A DNA stretch of 44,377 nt from Vermamoeba vermiformis (lineage: Eukaryota): contig JBEWZL010000056.1 of NCBI GenBank assembly GCA_045837725.1, positions 496,001-540,377 on the forward strand. Direction: 5' to 3'. Under the pieces are notes generated by a model. It ran no database searches and was not told where the DNA came from. It was given only the letters and a program-made list of their open reading frames with translations. Positions 1 to 11,545 of the stretch are shown here, one piece after another (position 1 is the first letter of the stretch; the number at the start of each line of letters is the position of its first letter). The translations under genes were made by a program, and so were the position numbers.

Positions 1-3000
1 AGCTGATGTTCTGCGCAACGCTATTGAAGATATCGAGCCTGGCATTCAAGTTGAAGAGTTCGACAAGGTTCGATCTGGTCATCAATGCGACACGATGGTC
101 CAATCATTCTTTGACGACACTTCAAAGAAGGCACTCGTTATTCTCTTGGACATGACTAGATCAACGACTACAAGGATCAACTACCTTCGTCATCAAATTG
201 ACAGCTATTCTGCCGCGCACAGCGACCGTTTGGTATTCTTGATCATGCACTTCCCGCCTGATTTCTATTCTGCGCTCAAGCCAGCGCCGCACGTCATCTT
301 CTTGAACGATTGGAATTATCAGTACATTGACTCGCTGGGATTGGAGAGTGATATCTCCGACGATGCGGATCCGTTGGAGATCGACGCTCGAACTTGGCTT
401 GCAATCAGTTGCGGTCTTAATGTCGAAGTTTCGTTGACATCAATCAAAAGCACCTTCGAGAAAGCGTTCTTCGCCCAAGTTGACGCCTTAATGGGGCGCT
501 GGAATGGACGAGGCAGCACACCTGCCTACTTACCCAAATCTCGCAGCAAGATGTTGAAGGAGCTCTTAACCGATAATGCTTCTTTGTATGAATCTGCATT
601 GCTGGAGTTATCTCAACGCTGGCGGGACTACTTGCCGACTATAATGTCCGACATCAGTGCAGCAATTCAAAAGGGCTCTGTCGTTGACAGCATTGCAAGC
701 GTTGTATCGTCTTCCCTTCAATCATTGTTAGCGCTATTTGCTCTTGGATTCCTTCGCCGTTTGTATGGCAACGGTAACTTCGATGCAGTTCAGAATGCGT
801 TGAAGACTGGATCCGAAGACTGCAAGCAGCTCATCATGCTGGCCGTTAAAGCTATCAAAGTACCCAAGTTGAAAACAGTACTTCAGCAGAATTCTGTCAG
901 CGAAGAGCTTTTCACGATCGATTCAACATTCCTCAAACGCCCTTCGTTGCCTTACTACGACTTTATCTACGATATGTTGACTGAAGCTTATCGCAAAGCT
1001 AGAGCACAACAGGCCTCGAACAAGAGCTTTCGCACTCGAGTTCTCGATTACATTCAAGACAACACTGCACTCAAAGAGCTGGTTCAACACATTGACAAGA
1101 GCGAGGAGTTGAAAGACAAGTTCATCATGTGTTTTGTTCAACGCACTCTTGGCTTTGACAAACTTCGTCCCAGTCTGCAAGAGGTTTGCAAGCTCGTCAT
1201 TCAGAAGCTCGTCAACAGTCCTCGAGTTGTTGATTTGCTTTTCGTGAAGCTCACCCACGAAGACAAGTTTACGGTGTTGAACTCTTGTTTGATGCCGTTA
1301 CAAGCACTTGGTTCTGATGATTTGGACAACATACTCGTTGAAAGATTGCAAGAAGCTTTCCACTTGAACGCTCAGGTACGAAACACTTACGTGCCTTGAA
1401 TCGATCAACTAACATTTGTTCAGAATCTAAGCATTGCAGAAGTTGCACCGTTAATCGACATTGTCATTAGCAAAGCTACAGTTGATATTCTCTGGGAGAC
1501 GTTGAATGCTATTGGAGGTGATCGTGATCAATTGAACGAGTGGCAGAAAGCGTTCGGTCTGCTCTTTGACCGCTACCCTTCGCACTTCCATCTCCCATCA
1601 GCTGAGAAAAGCCAAGCATGGAAGTACAGCACGATGGTGTCAGCACTGTTACTAAGTCAACAGTTTGCTGATGAGTGCCTTCCGTTGTTCAACTCGTTCG
1701 AAGCAGTGGCCACAGCATGTGGTGTTGTTCCAAGCGATCAAGTCACTCTCCAACAAGCTCTCCAACAGAGCCACGCACTGATGCAGCAATTGAATATTGC
1801 ACCATCCGAAGAAGTCGTGTACTTCGCTCAAAAACTCTTGCACTCGCTGCTGATTCGTGCATCAACATCTTGCTACGGAAAGGCAAAGTACTTGATCGAA
1901 GAGTTCGTACGACTTTGCAATGGTAAGTAACTGAGCTATTCAACCAATCAATACTAACATAGAGTTAGATGGTGACGTGCCATTGTGGGCTGCGATCCCG
2001 TTCAGCTGGAAAGCGAACATGTTCAATTCATTGGTCAAAATGGCAACTTTAACGGTGCAAGACGAACTAATTCAATATGCTGCCAACGCACTGCAATCGA
2101 CGTTACCACTTCAGTACCAATTCAGCATCAATCCGTTGTCAAAACAGTTGACCAATGAAGAGGCTGCTCTCATCAACAAGCAACTCGTGCAAGAGACACC
2201 ATTGAAACCGTTGAATCCGTTGGAATCGATGCTGTTTTTTACGTTGCTTCAACAGTCAAAGATTAACACAACGAACACTGTCGGCACTATTGTGAAAAAA
2301 TATCTCGAGGTTCCCAACGCGTCAATCTTGGATCAGATTCACAGAGCAGTGTTAGCCACGAGACTGCTTCAGACTTTCGGCAATGACATTTCCACTGCTA
2401 ATTCTGTCACGCAATTGGTCCAAAATTATCCAACAGTTCCAGTCTCTATCATCGACACAATCAAGAAAGTCATCGCTCAAGAAGTGACAGTTCTAAATCG
2501 AGAAGCTTACTTGATTCAATCAATCGCTAACGACGAGCGCTTAGTTGAACTTCTTCAAAATCAACAGATACTCAAGCAAATTGGCATGGATGTGTGGTTC
2601 ATGAACGGTCCTGCAAATATTAGCAGCGATTACTTGCCTTCATTCATCATTGACGAGCATTCACCTCTTCATCGCAAGTACCAACAGATGAAGCAGAGCA
2701 TTGTCGCTGGCAGCGAAGAGCAGTTCTTGCAACTTCTCAATGAGAACACTGTCTTCGAGTCCAGAATGCTCCTCGTGCTCGTGACGTACTACGAGTTCTT
2801 CGTTCACGGTCGAGCATGTGACTTTGTCAAAGCCAAGCTGGACACAATTCTCTCTCAACGACTGAACTTAGTGCCAAGAGAAGTATCAGCACTCCTGTTC
2901 ATCAGCTTGGGTCCAAAGAACACTCCTGTCGAGTTCGATCCTGTGTTCTTGTTCACTACACATGCACAACAACGCCCACAAGTGTACGACTTGAAGTTAG

Positions 3001-4931
3001 CTCACATGCTTGTCAACATGCTTGCGATTGCCATGGGAACACCAACGGACTCCAATCACCTCTACATTCGAATCTTTGCTCCTGAGCAAATGCGAAGAAC
3101 TTTCTGTCCTGGTTCAGATTCAAACAGAGGCAATCACGATTGTGGCTTCAAGTACGATCAATGGACGAACAAATTGACTAGCGGAAGTCAGCCGCCTATC
3201 ATGGGCGATCACACTCTAAAGCGTCTAGCATTGAATACGACCACTTGGGGAGCTCTATGCTGGTGTTGCATTATTGACGAAAACGCTGCAAGTGTCATGC
3301 TAGATAATCAATATCATTTCCTTAACATGGTTGATGTCGACGTGCACGAGTTCGGAAATTGGTCTGCCAGAAAAGGAGAATTAAGTCCTGCCCAAAAAGC
3401 TCGAATATTTATCTTCCGCCGTTACGCAACGTTCTTACAGCTGCTCTACACAAACTACGATGTTTTGGATAATCAGATCCAACCAACTGTCTTCCTCAAC
3501 GAAGTCCTTATTGAACTCATGCATGATGCTGTTAGTCCTGCAAAGCCACCAGCGTTAAAGTCAGTCTTTCTCACCGTTCAAGAAGCGATTAACTACGAAG
3601 AACATATGAAAGGAATATTCAATCGAGTGCTGAACAACATCAAGGACCGTCAAGAAGTGTTCCAACTCGTTGAAAGCCCAATTTTTACATTGGCTCGCAA
3701 ACTCAAGCACAGCGTACGATCGTTTGGACCAATTTTCACATTTGATCAGTTTACAACTGTTTTGGCGAACGCACAGACCAATCGATACACGGACATGATC
3801 TTGGAATTTATTCGCAATATGAATTATCCCTCGTTGTTCACATGCTTGCAGTACGCAACACAACTGATCACGTTTTATCGCACTGTGAATGCACTGTTCA
3901 ACAATCGATTGACAGCGGATGACACTCTGAGACCCATCTCAGAATGCATTCAAATCTTGCGTATTTACGAATTAGAAGACGTTGTGAAACAGTTCGAGAA
4001 CACGTTTATTTTGTTCAAAAAGACTTGGAAGGAGATTACGTACATGCTCACAAAACTCGATCCGGAAGGGTGCATCGGACCCGCTTTCGAATTGGAAGTG
4101 CCACAAATCAACGACACCACGCCGTTCATAGTGTTAATATCTGATCCATACGATCCTCGTTGCATAGACATCATTATCAACGTACTCACTACGCTGTTCA
4201 ATCGTCAAGAGAAACTGTTGTCAATGTGCGACGCTATTCTGCCTGACGCCTGTCCTAATCCAGTGCAAGCCGAGTGGCTGCCATTGCACGCTGATCATCA
4301 ATTCATGTTGCTCAATAGCATTGATTTGGACGTCGTGAAACAGTTCTGCGTGGCACAGCTGACTTTGCCGGACAAGACCGAACTTCACGTCTCACACAAC
4401 GGGCTGTCCTTTAACGCGAAACATGTAGCCATGTTCTTGGTTCATTTACTCCAATCCAAGCCTGTTGTTCGAATCGGCAATCTGAAGCAACGATTCAGTT
4501 ACAAGAGTGGAGACGCAACCGATCTGACGGCTGCAAATCAATCGATAGGAATCAACGTCACTGATATTACACTAAAAGAACCCAAGATACTGTCCAACAT
4601 CCCATTGATATCACCGAGCGTTAATATTATTGAAAATAACCGCCCTCGCTCAGAGGCACTGACGGATGCGAAGAGGATTGTCGTCAGAAAATTCCGTGCG
4701 CAAAGAGGAGGAACTGAAGTGTTCAATCCTCACTCTATTCAAGAGCTGTTAACTGTCGGTGGTCAACTTCTTAAATTGAAGGCTGCCAAAGTACGAAAAC
4801 TAAATTCAGAAGATGAGATCCAAGAGTTTAGTACCCTTGAAAATGGAGAGATTGTGTACCTCACGACTGAAGAAGACGAAAAAAAGCTTCAAACTCATGC
4901 AGCCGCAGGTCATTCAACGACAAATATGTAA
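1..4931 (+). CDS. RNF213/mysterin-like giant protein, copy A (5'-partial; C-terminal E3-like region plus KHA-like domain, no USP domain)
   Basis: ORFs 95-1399, 1502-1930 and 1977-4931 join in frame across introns 1376-1423 (GTACG..CTAAC..CAG) and 1923-1968 (GTAAGT..CTAAC..TAG). Long stretches are nearly identical to 26476-~31010 of the AAA+ gene below. Confidence 0.88.
4671..4885 (+). other. KHA-like (ubiquitin/DCX-fold) C-terminal domain of copy A
   Basis: RIVVRK..GGTEVFNPHSIQELLTVGGQLL..KVRKLNSEDEIQEFSTLENGEIVYL fits the recalled KHA pattern (P.S..ELL..G...L....V.....EI.D...I....l.l). Confidence 0.6.
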
Positions 4932-4952
4932 AATTAAAAATTAAATTGTACT

Positions 4953-6275
4953 TTATTTGGCGGTTAAGGCGTCAAACAATTTTTCAATTAGTGCCTGCGT
5001 TGATTTCTTCATTCCTTCCTTAATAAATTTTCCTACTTTCATATTGCGCATAATTCTATTAAATTCTTCGCCGAAATTAATGTTTACACCAGGATAATCT
5101 ACGAACGAAAAAATGGCGAGCCAGATCTCGAGCGGCAACCTTTCGAAAGATTCAGGCCTTCGTATTAAATTAACCATTGATATTCTTAGATCTTCTATTC
5201 GCTGCTTTCGCATCTCCATTAATTTTTCTTGGATTTTGTTTGGCTGATCTTCCGGGCTTTGGATCCTGCCGACAACTTTGTGCCGAATATCGATATTTGT
5301 CAACGAATAATTCGTCCCTAATGCATCTATAATATGTTCGATGCAACTATCATAGGAATGATAAACTTCTGCCGCCAAATCTGTTAAAGTCTGATTCGAT
5401 CGCAATCCGTCTGCCAACTTTTCGAAGCCTTTTGGTGTAATATCGATGCCTTTTAAATTTAACGACGTTAACGTCCTATTATTAGACAAAATTTCTTCAA
5501 TTTCGGAAAGATCCGTTTGGATCGCGTAATTTCCAGATATATCTAGGTGTCTTAGAGATCTGTTGTCTATCAATCCGTCTTTCAAATCGTTCAAAGTTAT
5601 TCTTGTGCTATATAAATCGAGACTACGAAGCGTTTCATTGAGTTGCAGAGCTTTGTTGAAAGATCTTTCGAATCCGCTCGGATCTGTCAATTTGTTTCTT
5701 GAAAGGTCCAAATGGGTTAGAATCCTATTGTTTTGTAATAACATTCCAATATATATTAATGATCTACTTTTCAAATTATTGTTCACCAACGATAAGCTCG
5801 TCAAACTTCGATTTGTTTCTAAAACTTGACAGATCAGCTCGCATCCTTCGTCGCCAAGGCTGTTCATTTGCAAATTGAGCTCTTTTAACGTTGAATTTTC
5901 TTCGAATAATTCGCGGAAATATTTCATGCTGACAACGCCAAGCATATTGCCATACAAATTCAGATTCGTAACAGATTTGTTCACTTTCAGGGCATCGACT
6001 AAATAAACGCAATGTTCTAGCTGCATATTCATTTGACTAACATTTAATGATAGTAATGTCGTGTTTTGAGACAACGCCTCGCAAAATTGACGAAATCCGT
6101 CTTTTTCTTCGATCCGTGTCAGATTGAGCTCAGTAATTTTTGGGTCAATTACTACTTTTTTATTCTGCGGCTCATTGCATAATATTTTGTAATCTTCTGC
6201 GTTCGATATCGTGAATTCCTGCTGAATGAAAGCAAAAAAATTAATAATATATCCAAATCCTCTAATGATGACCAC
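4953..6275 (-). CDS. Ribonuclease-inhibitor/NLRC3-type leucine-rich repeat protein with C-terminal F-box-like motif
   Basis: About 28-aa repeats of N.(S/T)L..L.L..N.L (NSTLKELNLQMNSLGDEG, NRSLTSLSLVNNNL). The C-terminus contains LPLEIWLAIFSFVDYP. The true start is uncertain: a likely splice acceptor near 6220 implies upstream exons. Confidence 0.85.
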   Translation of the reverse strand: MVIIRGFGYIINFFAFIQQEFTISNAEDYKILCNEPQNKKVVIDPKITELNLTRIEEKDGFRQFCEALSQNTTLLSLNVSQMNMQLEHCVYLVDALKVNKSVTNLNLYGNMLGVVSMKYFRELFEENSTLKELNLQMNSLGDEGCELICQVLETNRSLTSLSLVNNNLKSRSLIYIGMLLQNNRILTHLDLSRNKLTDPSGFERSFNKALQLNETLRSLDLYSTRITLNDLKDGLIDNRSLRHLDISGNYAIQTDLSEIEEILSNNRTLTSLNLKGIDITPKGFEKLADGLRSNQTLTDLAAEVYHSYDSCIEHIIDALGTNYSLTNIDIRHKVVGRIQSPEDQPNKIQEKLMEMRKQRIEDLRISMVNLIRRPESFERLPLEIWLAIFSFVDYPGVNINFGEEFNRIMRNMKVGKFIKEGMKKSTQALIEKLFDALTAK

Positions 6276-6575
6276 TATACAAATTAAACATATTTAACAA
6301 TTAAATTGATAGAGATCAAGGTAGAATTTAAACCGAAGATCTACGAGCAAAAAAATTAGCACTTACCCGCGAAGCCATCAATGAGGGTACCCAAAGGTCT
6401 TTGTATTATGTCGGTAATAATAAAATACTACTGCATTTGTGTTATTTTAATGGCGGTGCTGAAAAAATAGGAAGAAAGCGCAGGAAAGATTCTGTCCGAA
6501 AATTCCTCAATTATCCGTTATTTATCCTAATTATAAATGATATGACCACATAGAAAACATACTTAGTGGTCGATA

Positions 6576-7868
6576 ATGGCATTAGATAAAAGGCTAATAT
6601 TAATTTTTGTATTTTATTTGATTTCTTTGGCACGTTCTCACAACACGCAATACAAAGTTGGATCTGCAATTAAATTCGAATGTAAAAATCAAAAGGGTGA
6701 ATGGGCACCTCCACCAATATGTCAAGAGGTCAGTAGGAACAGATCCAAACCATTATTAATCTCTAGATTTTTTTTACAATTACAACAACCAATATTACCT
6801 TAGCGAAATATATATGACGATGTATAATATATTAACATAATTTTGGTAATTTTTTTAGACCAGCCAGGAGTTTCAGTTCGTCTATGGAAAGGATTCGGTG
6901 ACACACTGCACTTGGCTATTGAATGAACGATACGACTTTATTACTGAAATGATTAAAAATGATCGTAAGTATAATTTATACTTCATTGAGTTTATAAAGT
7001 TGACTTACAGGAACTGTGGATCTCGATCAGATCAAAAAATAATTAATTTATTTATATATCTGATTCTTTTTTTATAATTAGGCCGATGGGAGTGTCGTAC
7101 AGAAGTTACACCAGGCAGCAAACAATACATTCCATTCTCATTTCCTTTTTGGGGATTTGTCGAGCCATCGCACAGTACGTACAAAAAACAAAATCTGCTA
7201 ATCTTTGCAATATTTCTATCGAACACTTACTAAATATGGAATTTTATTACAGCCCACGTGATCCATCACTACAATTTTGTATTCCACGGCGACGATCACG
7301 GTCATTTGTTAGCACTGTCAGCCTATCCAGCCTTCGATCAGCCGCAATATTTCTCGCGCCTTCATCCGCTCAAATTGCACGGATTTGTCAAGTACGTAAC
7401 TCGAACTGATCGTATTTCCATATTTGGTAATACTACAAATATTACGGCCATAATATAGGCCACGCTTGATTTTTCGAAACTTTAATCTTGTCAGTTTTTA
7501 ACTTTTACACGCGCCCATTTAAATATTGGCAATAATTCGACGTAAAAATATACATTTATTAGACTAGTCTCGTAATATAGTACCACTCATCAAATCCGCG
7601 TTATGATCTGGAACGACCGAACAACTTCGATTTTAGACCTTGTCTTATATTAATCCTTATTATTGTTAGGTGGTTCAAAGGCCATCAATTCAAAGACTTT
7701 GGCTCGGCAGGCTTCTTCTCGTTCAGTGAAAGCAGAAACAGATCGATCTGGCCGTACATCTTGCTCTATTCACTGACCTCTATTCTCATCGCATTGGCTG
7801 GCGCAGGATTATTCTACAAATATCGATTGAAGCCGAGAATCATTAAGAAGTATCTTAAAGTGGATTAA
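6576..7868 (+). CDS. Uncharacterised type I membrane protein (signal peptide, Cys-containing lumenal domain, C-terminal TM helix)
   Basis: Multi-exon model: MALDKRLILIFVFYLISLARS (signal), then PPPICQE|TSQEFQFVYGKD, WECR, PFSFPFWG, HHYNFVFHG and HGFVK|WFKG, then TM segment IWPYILLYSLTSILIALAGAGLFY and basic tail KYRLKPRIIKKYLKVD*. Confidence 0.7.
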
Positions 7869-8385
7869 GGCCGCTCAATCCATAGGATCGAACTGCTAAT
7901 AAACGGCAACTTGTGAATATCATTGAAATATTACGAAACTTTACGCGCTTAATGTTGTTTGGTCGTTTGGTCCCTTTCAGATCCGGAACCCTTTGTTTAA
8001 AACAACAACCCACGAGGGCGAACACGTTCAAGGCACAATACAAGAATTAATCGCCCAGTTAACGAACGATTTTATTGTATTGTGACGTAGTTCCTACGAG
8101 CTTTGATGATGCCTAAGATCGATCTTACCTGCGTGCCAATACATTTGGACAGATTTCGACTACAAAAATTTTGAGAAAATGCGGAGTAAGGGAATTATTA
8201 TTAATTTGCATATGCCCTTGATATTTATTGCAATTTAAACCAATTTTAATTTGTTTTTAAATTTTTCACATCTTGATTTTACCTTTGTATGCCACTTTTA
8301 TCAAAATCTTCATGAAATTAATATTAAGTAATTAATTTAATACTGCGTGTTTAATACTTAATTGAAAAAATTAAGCTGCGATCAA

Positions 8386-8401
8386 CAGATGAGCTCATCT
8401 G
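8386..8401. repeat. Perfect 16-bp palindrome CAGATGAGCTCATCTG, with outer AAGCTG/CAGCTT arms
   Basis: Read directly from the sequence. It lies about 240 bp upstream of the ATG at 8643. Confidence 0.8.
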
Positions 8402-8642
8402 CGTCAGCTTTTACTTACGTTAGCACCAATGAGAATGATGGACTCAGTGCAACCAATTCTCGTTCAGAAAGTGAAGATCGTTATTACTTAGTTGAAATTC
8501 CCCGGATTCAGACTTGGTCAACTTCGGTCAACTGAAGTTCAAAAACAAACATCACTTCACCAGCCATTAATATCGAGGTCCCGTGCCAGTAATTCATTCA
8601 ACTGACCTTGCGGTATTAAACAACACAAAGCAACAAAGAATA

Positions 8643-11180
8643 ATGGCTCGAACGAAACAAACTGCTCGCAAATCTACCGGTGGCAAAGCTCCCCGCAAGA
8701 CGATCATCTCGCATGTTATGAATAAGAAAGTTCAGAAGCTACAAGCACAGAATCCTAGCATCAAGATCGATGAAGCTGTAAGTCCAAAGCTTTTCAAAGC
8801 ACTCGAGCCACATCCAGTCGCTAACAATAAGTTCTTTAGGCCCCTCAAGTTATCACTTATGATGTTACTTATGAGACCTCCTTCTATGCTCATTACTTCG
8901 GTACTGGCAGCACCAATGAGACCTTTGAGCCTCGTGTTACTGTGGCAAAGTCTTTCAATCGCAGCATTGACCGAACCAGCGACAATCAACTTGAGCACTG
9001 GGTACGTCAGGCGATATGTCTTAATATCACTAGACATATGACTAATGTGCCATAGGTCTCGGTGGCCTTCAACTCCAAGTACAACGGCCAAGGCATCGTG
9101 CAACATGGTCGACCAAAGCTCAACTTAGTCATCGCTCTTGACGTCTCTGGTTCGATGAGTTCACCGTTCCAAGGCGAGAACAACAAGAGCAAGCTTGATG
9201 TCGCTAAGGAAAGCATCATCACGTTGTTGTGTCAGCTCCAAGAGGTACGCAAGTCGATCGTGAAGCCTTGTTGCACGTGACTTTTTTGACTTACAAACCA
9301 TTAGGACGACTCATTGGGCCTTATGATCTTCGATGACAAGACACACATGATCCATCCCATGCAACGGTACGTTATTTAATCATCAATCTAACAAACCTGG
9401 TCTAACACAAGTTTTAGTTGGGGTGACATCGATCGTCCTGCGCTTGAGAAGTCCATCAAGAACTTACGTATTGGAGGTGGCACTTACATCGCACCAGGTA
9501 GGCGTTATTTATTAAATACAAAAGAAGTCAAGCTGACACTTTGACAGCTGTCGCCATGGCCACGAAGATGTTCGAGAACGCGAAAGAGAGCTCTAGCTTG
9601 TCCAACCGAATCATCTTTTTGACGGACATGGAGGTCTGCACGGACGATGGCATCGAGTTTGAGAACTTCGTGACCAAGAACTCGAGCAACTCTATCTACG
9701 CGACGATCGTTGGTGTCGGCTTGGATCTGAGCGGCGGTGTCATTGAAAAGGTCTCGAAGACTAACGGCTGCAACTACTGCAACGTCAGAACATCACAGAA
9801 CTTCTGGGAAATTATGAACAAGGAGTTTGGCTACTTAGTCGTAAGTCTGGTTTGACACGCGTCACTTTGACACTTTGACACTTTGACACGCGCTAATGAT
9901 GCTTTAGACGCCTGTTGCATTCAACGTGAATATCGAGCTCAAATCCAAGCAATTGAGTTTGCTCAAAGGCTTTGGCAGTCCTGAAGTTCGTCACGTGAGC
10001 AACACGAAAAACGTCAAGTTGTCAACTGAATTCCCTTCAGCTCAAAACGACAAAGGTAAAACTCCATTTCCTTATTAACAATCGTGTACTAATATCATGG
10101 CAGCTGAAACTCGTGGTGGCATGATTTTGTTCAAATTGACGGGCAATGTGGCTGCAAAGGACAAGCACGAGTTGACGTAAGTCCTTTACCTCAGCTATTT
10201 CCTTTTATGGTAAATGCTCATGTTTCACTGAACAGGTTCCAATGGGAAGATGACATGGGCATCACGCACAAGTCGAGCAAAGTGTTGGACTTCAGCGCGG
10301 GTGGTGCGAATGAAGAGTACTACGAGACCAACGCAGTCAGAAAAGCTATCGCCCTCATCAATTACACCGACTTTGTGCAGTACGTAGTCTATTACAAAGC
10401 CATATTATATGAAGCTAATAATTGATTCTGCAGAGGCTACATCGGCATGCGTACCGCTGAAGACACGAAAGAAAATCAAGAAAAATTCAGCAAATACCGC
10501 AAAGCTTTTGCCGGTCAAATTCAACGATTGGTCTCGGAGGGCCAAACAGTGCAAGATCCCACGATGATTGAAGAGTGTAAAATCTTGCTGGAACTCGCTA
10601 AAGAAGATCAAATTAGCCTTGACGACAAGTTGAGCGACGTTGAAGTACTCAAGTTTCACCTCAAAAATCCTCCCGCTGATAACGCCCAACAAGACCAAGC
10701 ACAACAGCCTATTGCTGCAGCCGCCGGTGACAATCAAAACAACAACGAGCCAGCCAATAACAACGCTAACAATAACAAGCGCAAGGCCGACGAAGCTCAG
10801 TTGAACGATGACGAAAAAGTTGTGAAAAAAGCTAAGGCGAACAACAATGACGACTCGCCTAACAAACGAGTGACGCGCAGTCAAGCGAAGAATAACAACA
10901 ATAATGCCGCTGAGGCAAAGAAAACTCCAGCAAAGAAAGGTCGTGGCAAGAAGAACAAAAATTCTCAAGACAACGAAGCGGATCTGTGCTGCGTGTGCTT
11001 GGACGAGAAGCGATGTGTCATGTTCGAGCCTTGCAAGTACGTTTACATGTTTAAACTTATTTAATAGCATCTAACGGTTGTTCGTGCAGTCACATGTGCA
11101 CCTGTCAAAATTGCTGCGCACTCCAAGAATGTCCTTTGTGTCGTGTAGCTGTCAGCAGCACTACGCGAGTGTACGTTTAA
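8643..11180 (+). CDS. Histone H3 N-terminal tail - vWA domain - low-complexity linker - C3HC4 RING fusion protein
   Basis: ATG 8643 gives MARTKQTARKSTGGKAPRK. Introns 8778-8839 and 9002-9055 (and several more) join it in frame to TYETSFYAHYFGTG..RPKLNLVIALDVSGSM (MIDAS DxSxS)..GGGT..RIIFLTD. After an N/K-rich linker, intron 11037-11089 splits the RING CCVCLDEKRCVMFEPCNHMCTCQNCCALQECPLCR. Stop at 11178-11180. Confidence 0.85.
9863..9889 (+). repeat. Intronic tandem repeat (CACTTTGA)x3 plus CAC
   Basis: Read directly, inside the intron beginning at 9841. Confidence 0.8.
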
Positions 11181-11545
11181 ATTTTGCTTAATTTTATTCC
11201 GTTCGCTTTTGTACATAGGTTTTTAGTCGCAATAAAAACAATTTTGAATTACCAAAGTCCAGCTTCAATTGACTTGCCGTGCTTTCTATGCTACTTCGCC
11301 TCGAAGGGTTTTCTTCGTTCATTGTTTCTAAATATCTATTTCACTTGGTTCTAACGATGGCGGGATCCGACTTCGAGACACGGGAATTTAGCCAACTCCT
11401 CGTACGATCGCACAAATTTCGCTTAGCTTTGGTTTTCCTTCCAATAATATTCAACCAACAATTGCTAATGAGAATAATTATACATTGTGCAATTCCAACA
11501 CATCTTTGTACCAATGCACTTGCCTCCTGAAGAGTGAGCTGAAAT

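Noticed and set aside
8583-9041. Histone H3 gene
   Set aside because: Only residues 1-18 match. No histone fold follows, and the ORF beyond 8777 runs through an intron and out of frame.
10405-11070. 221-aa hydrophobic minus-strand ORF, and many other short antisense ORFs
   Set aside because: Shadows of the coding strand. The AAC/AAG-rich linker reads as Val/Leu on the reverse strand.
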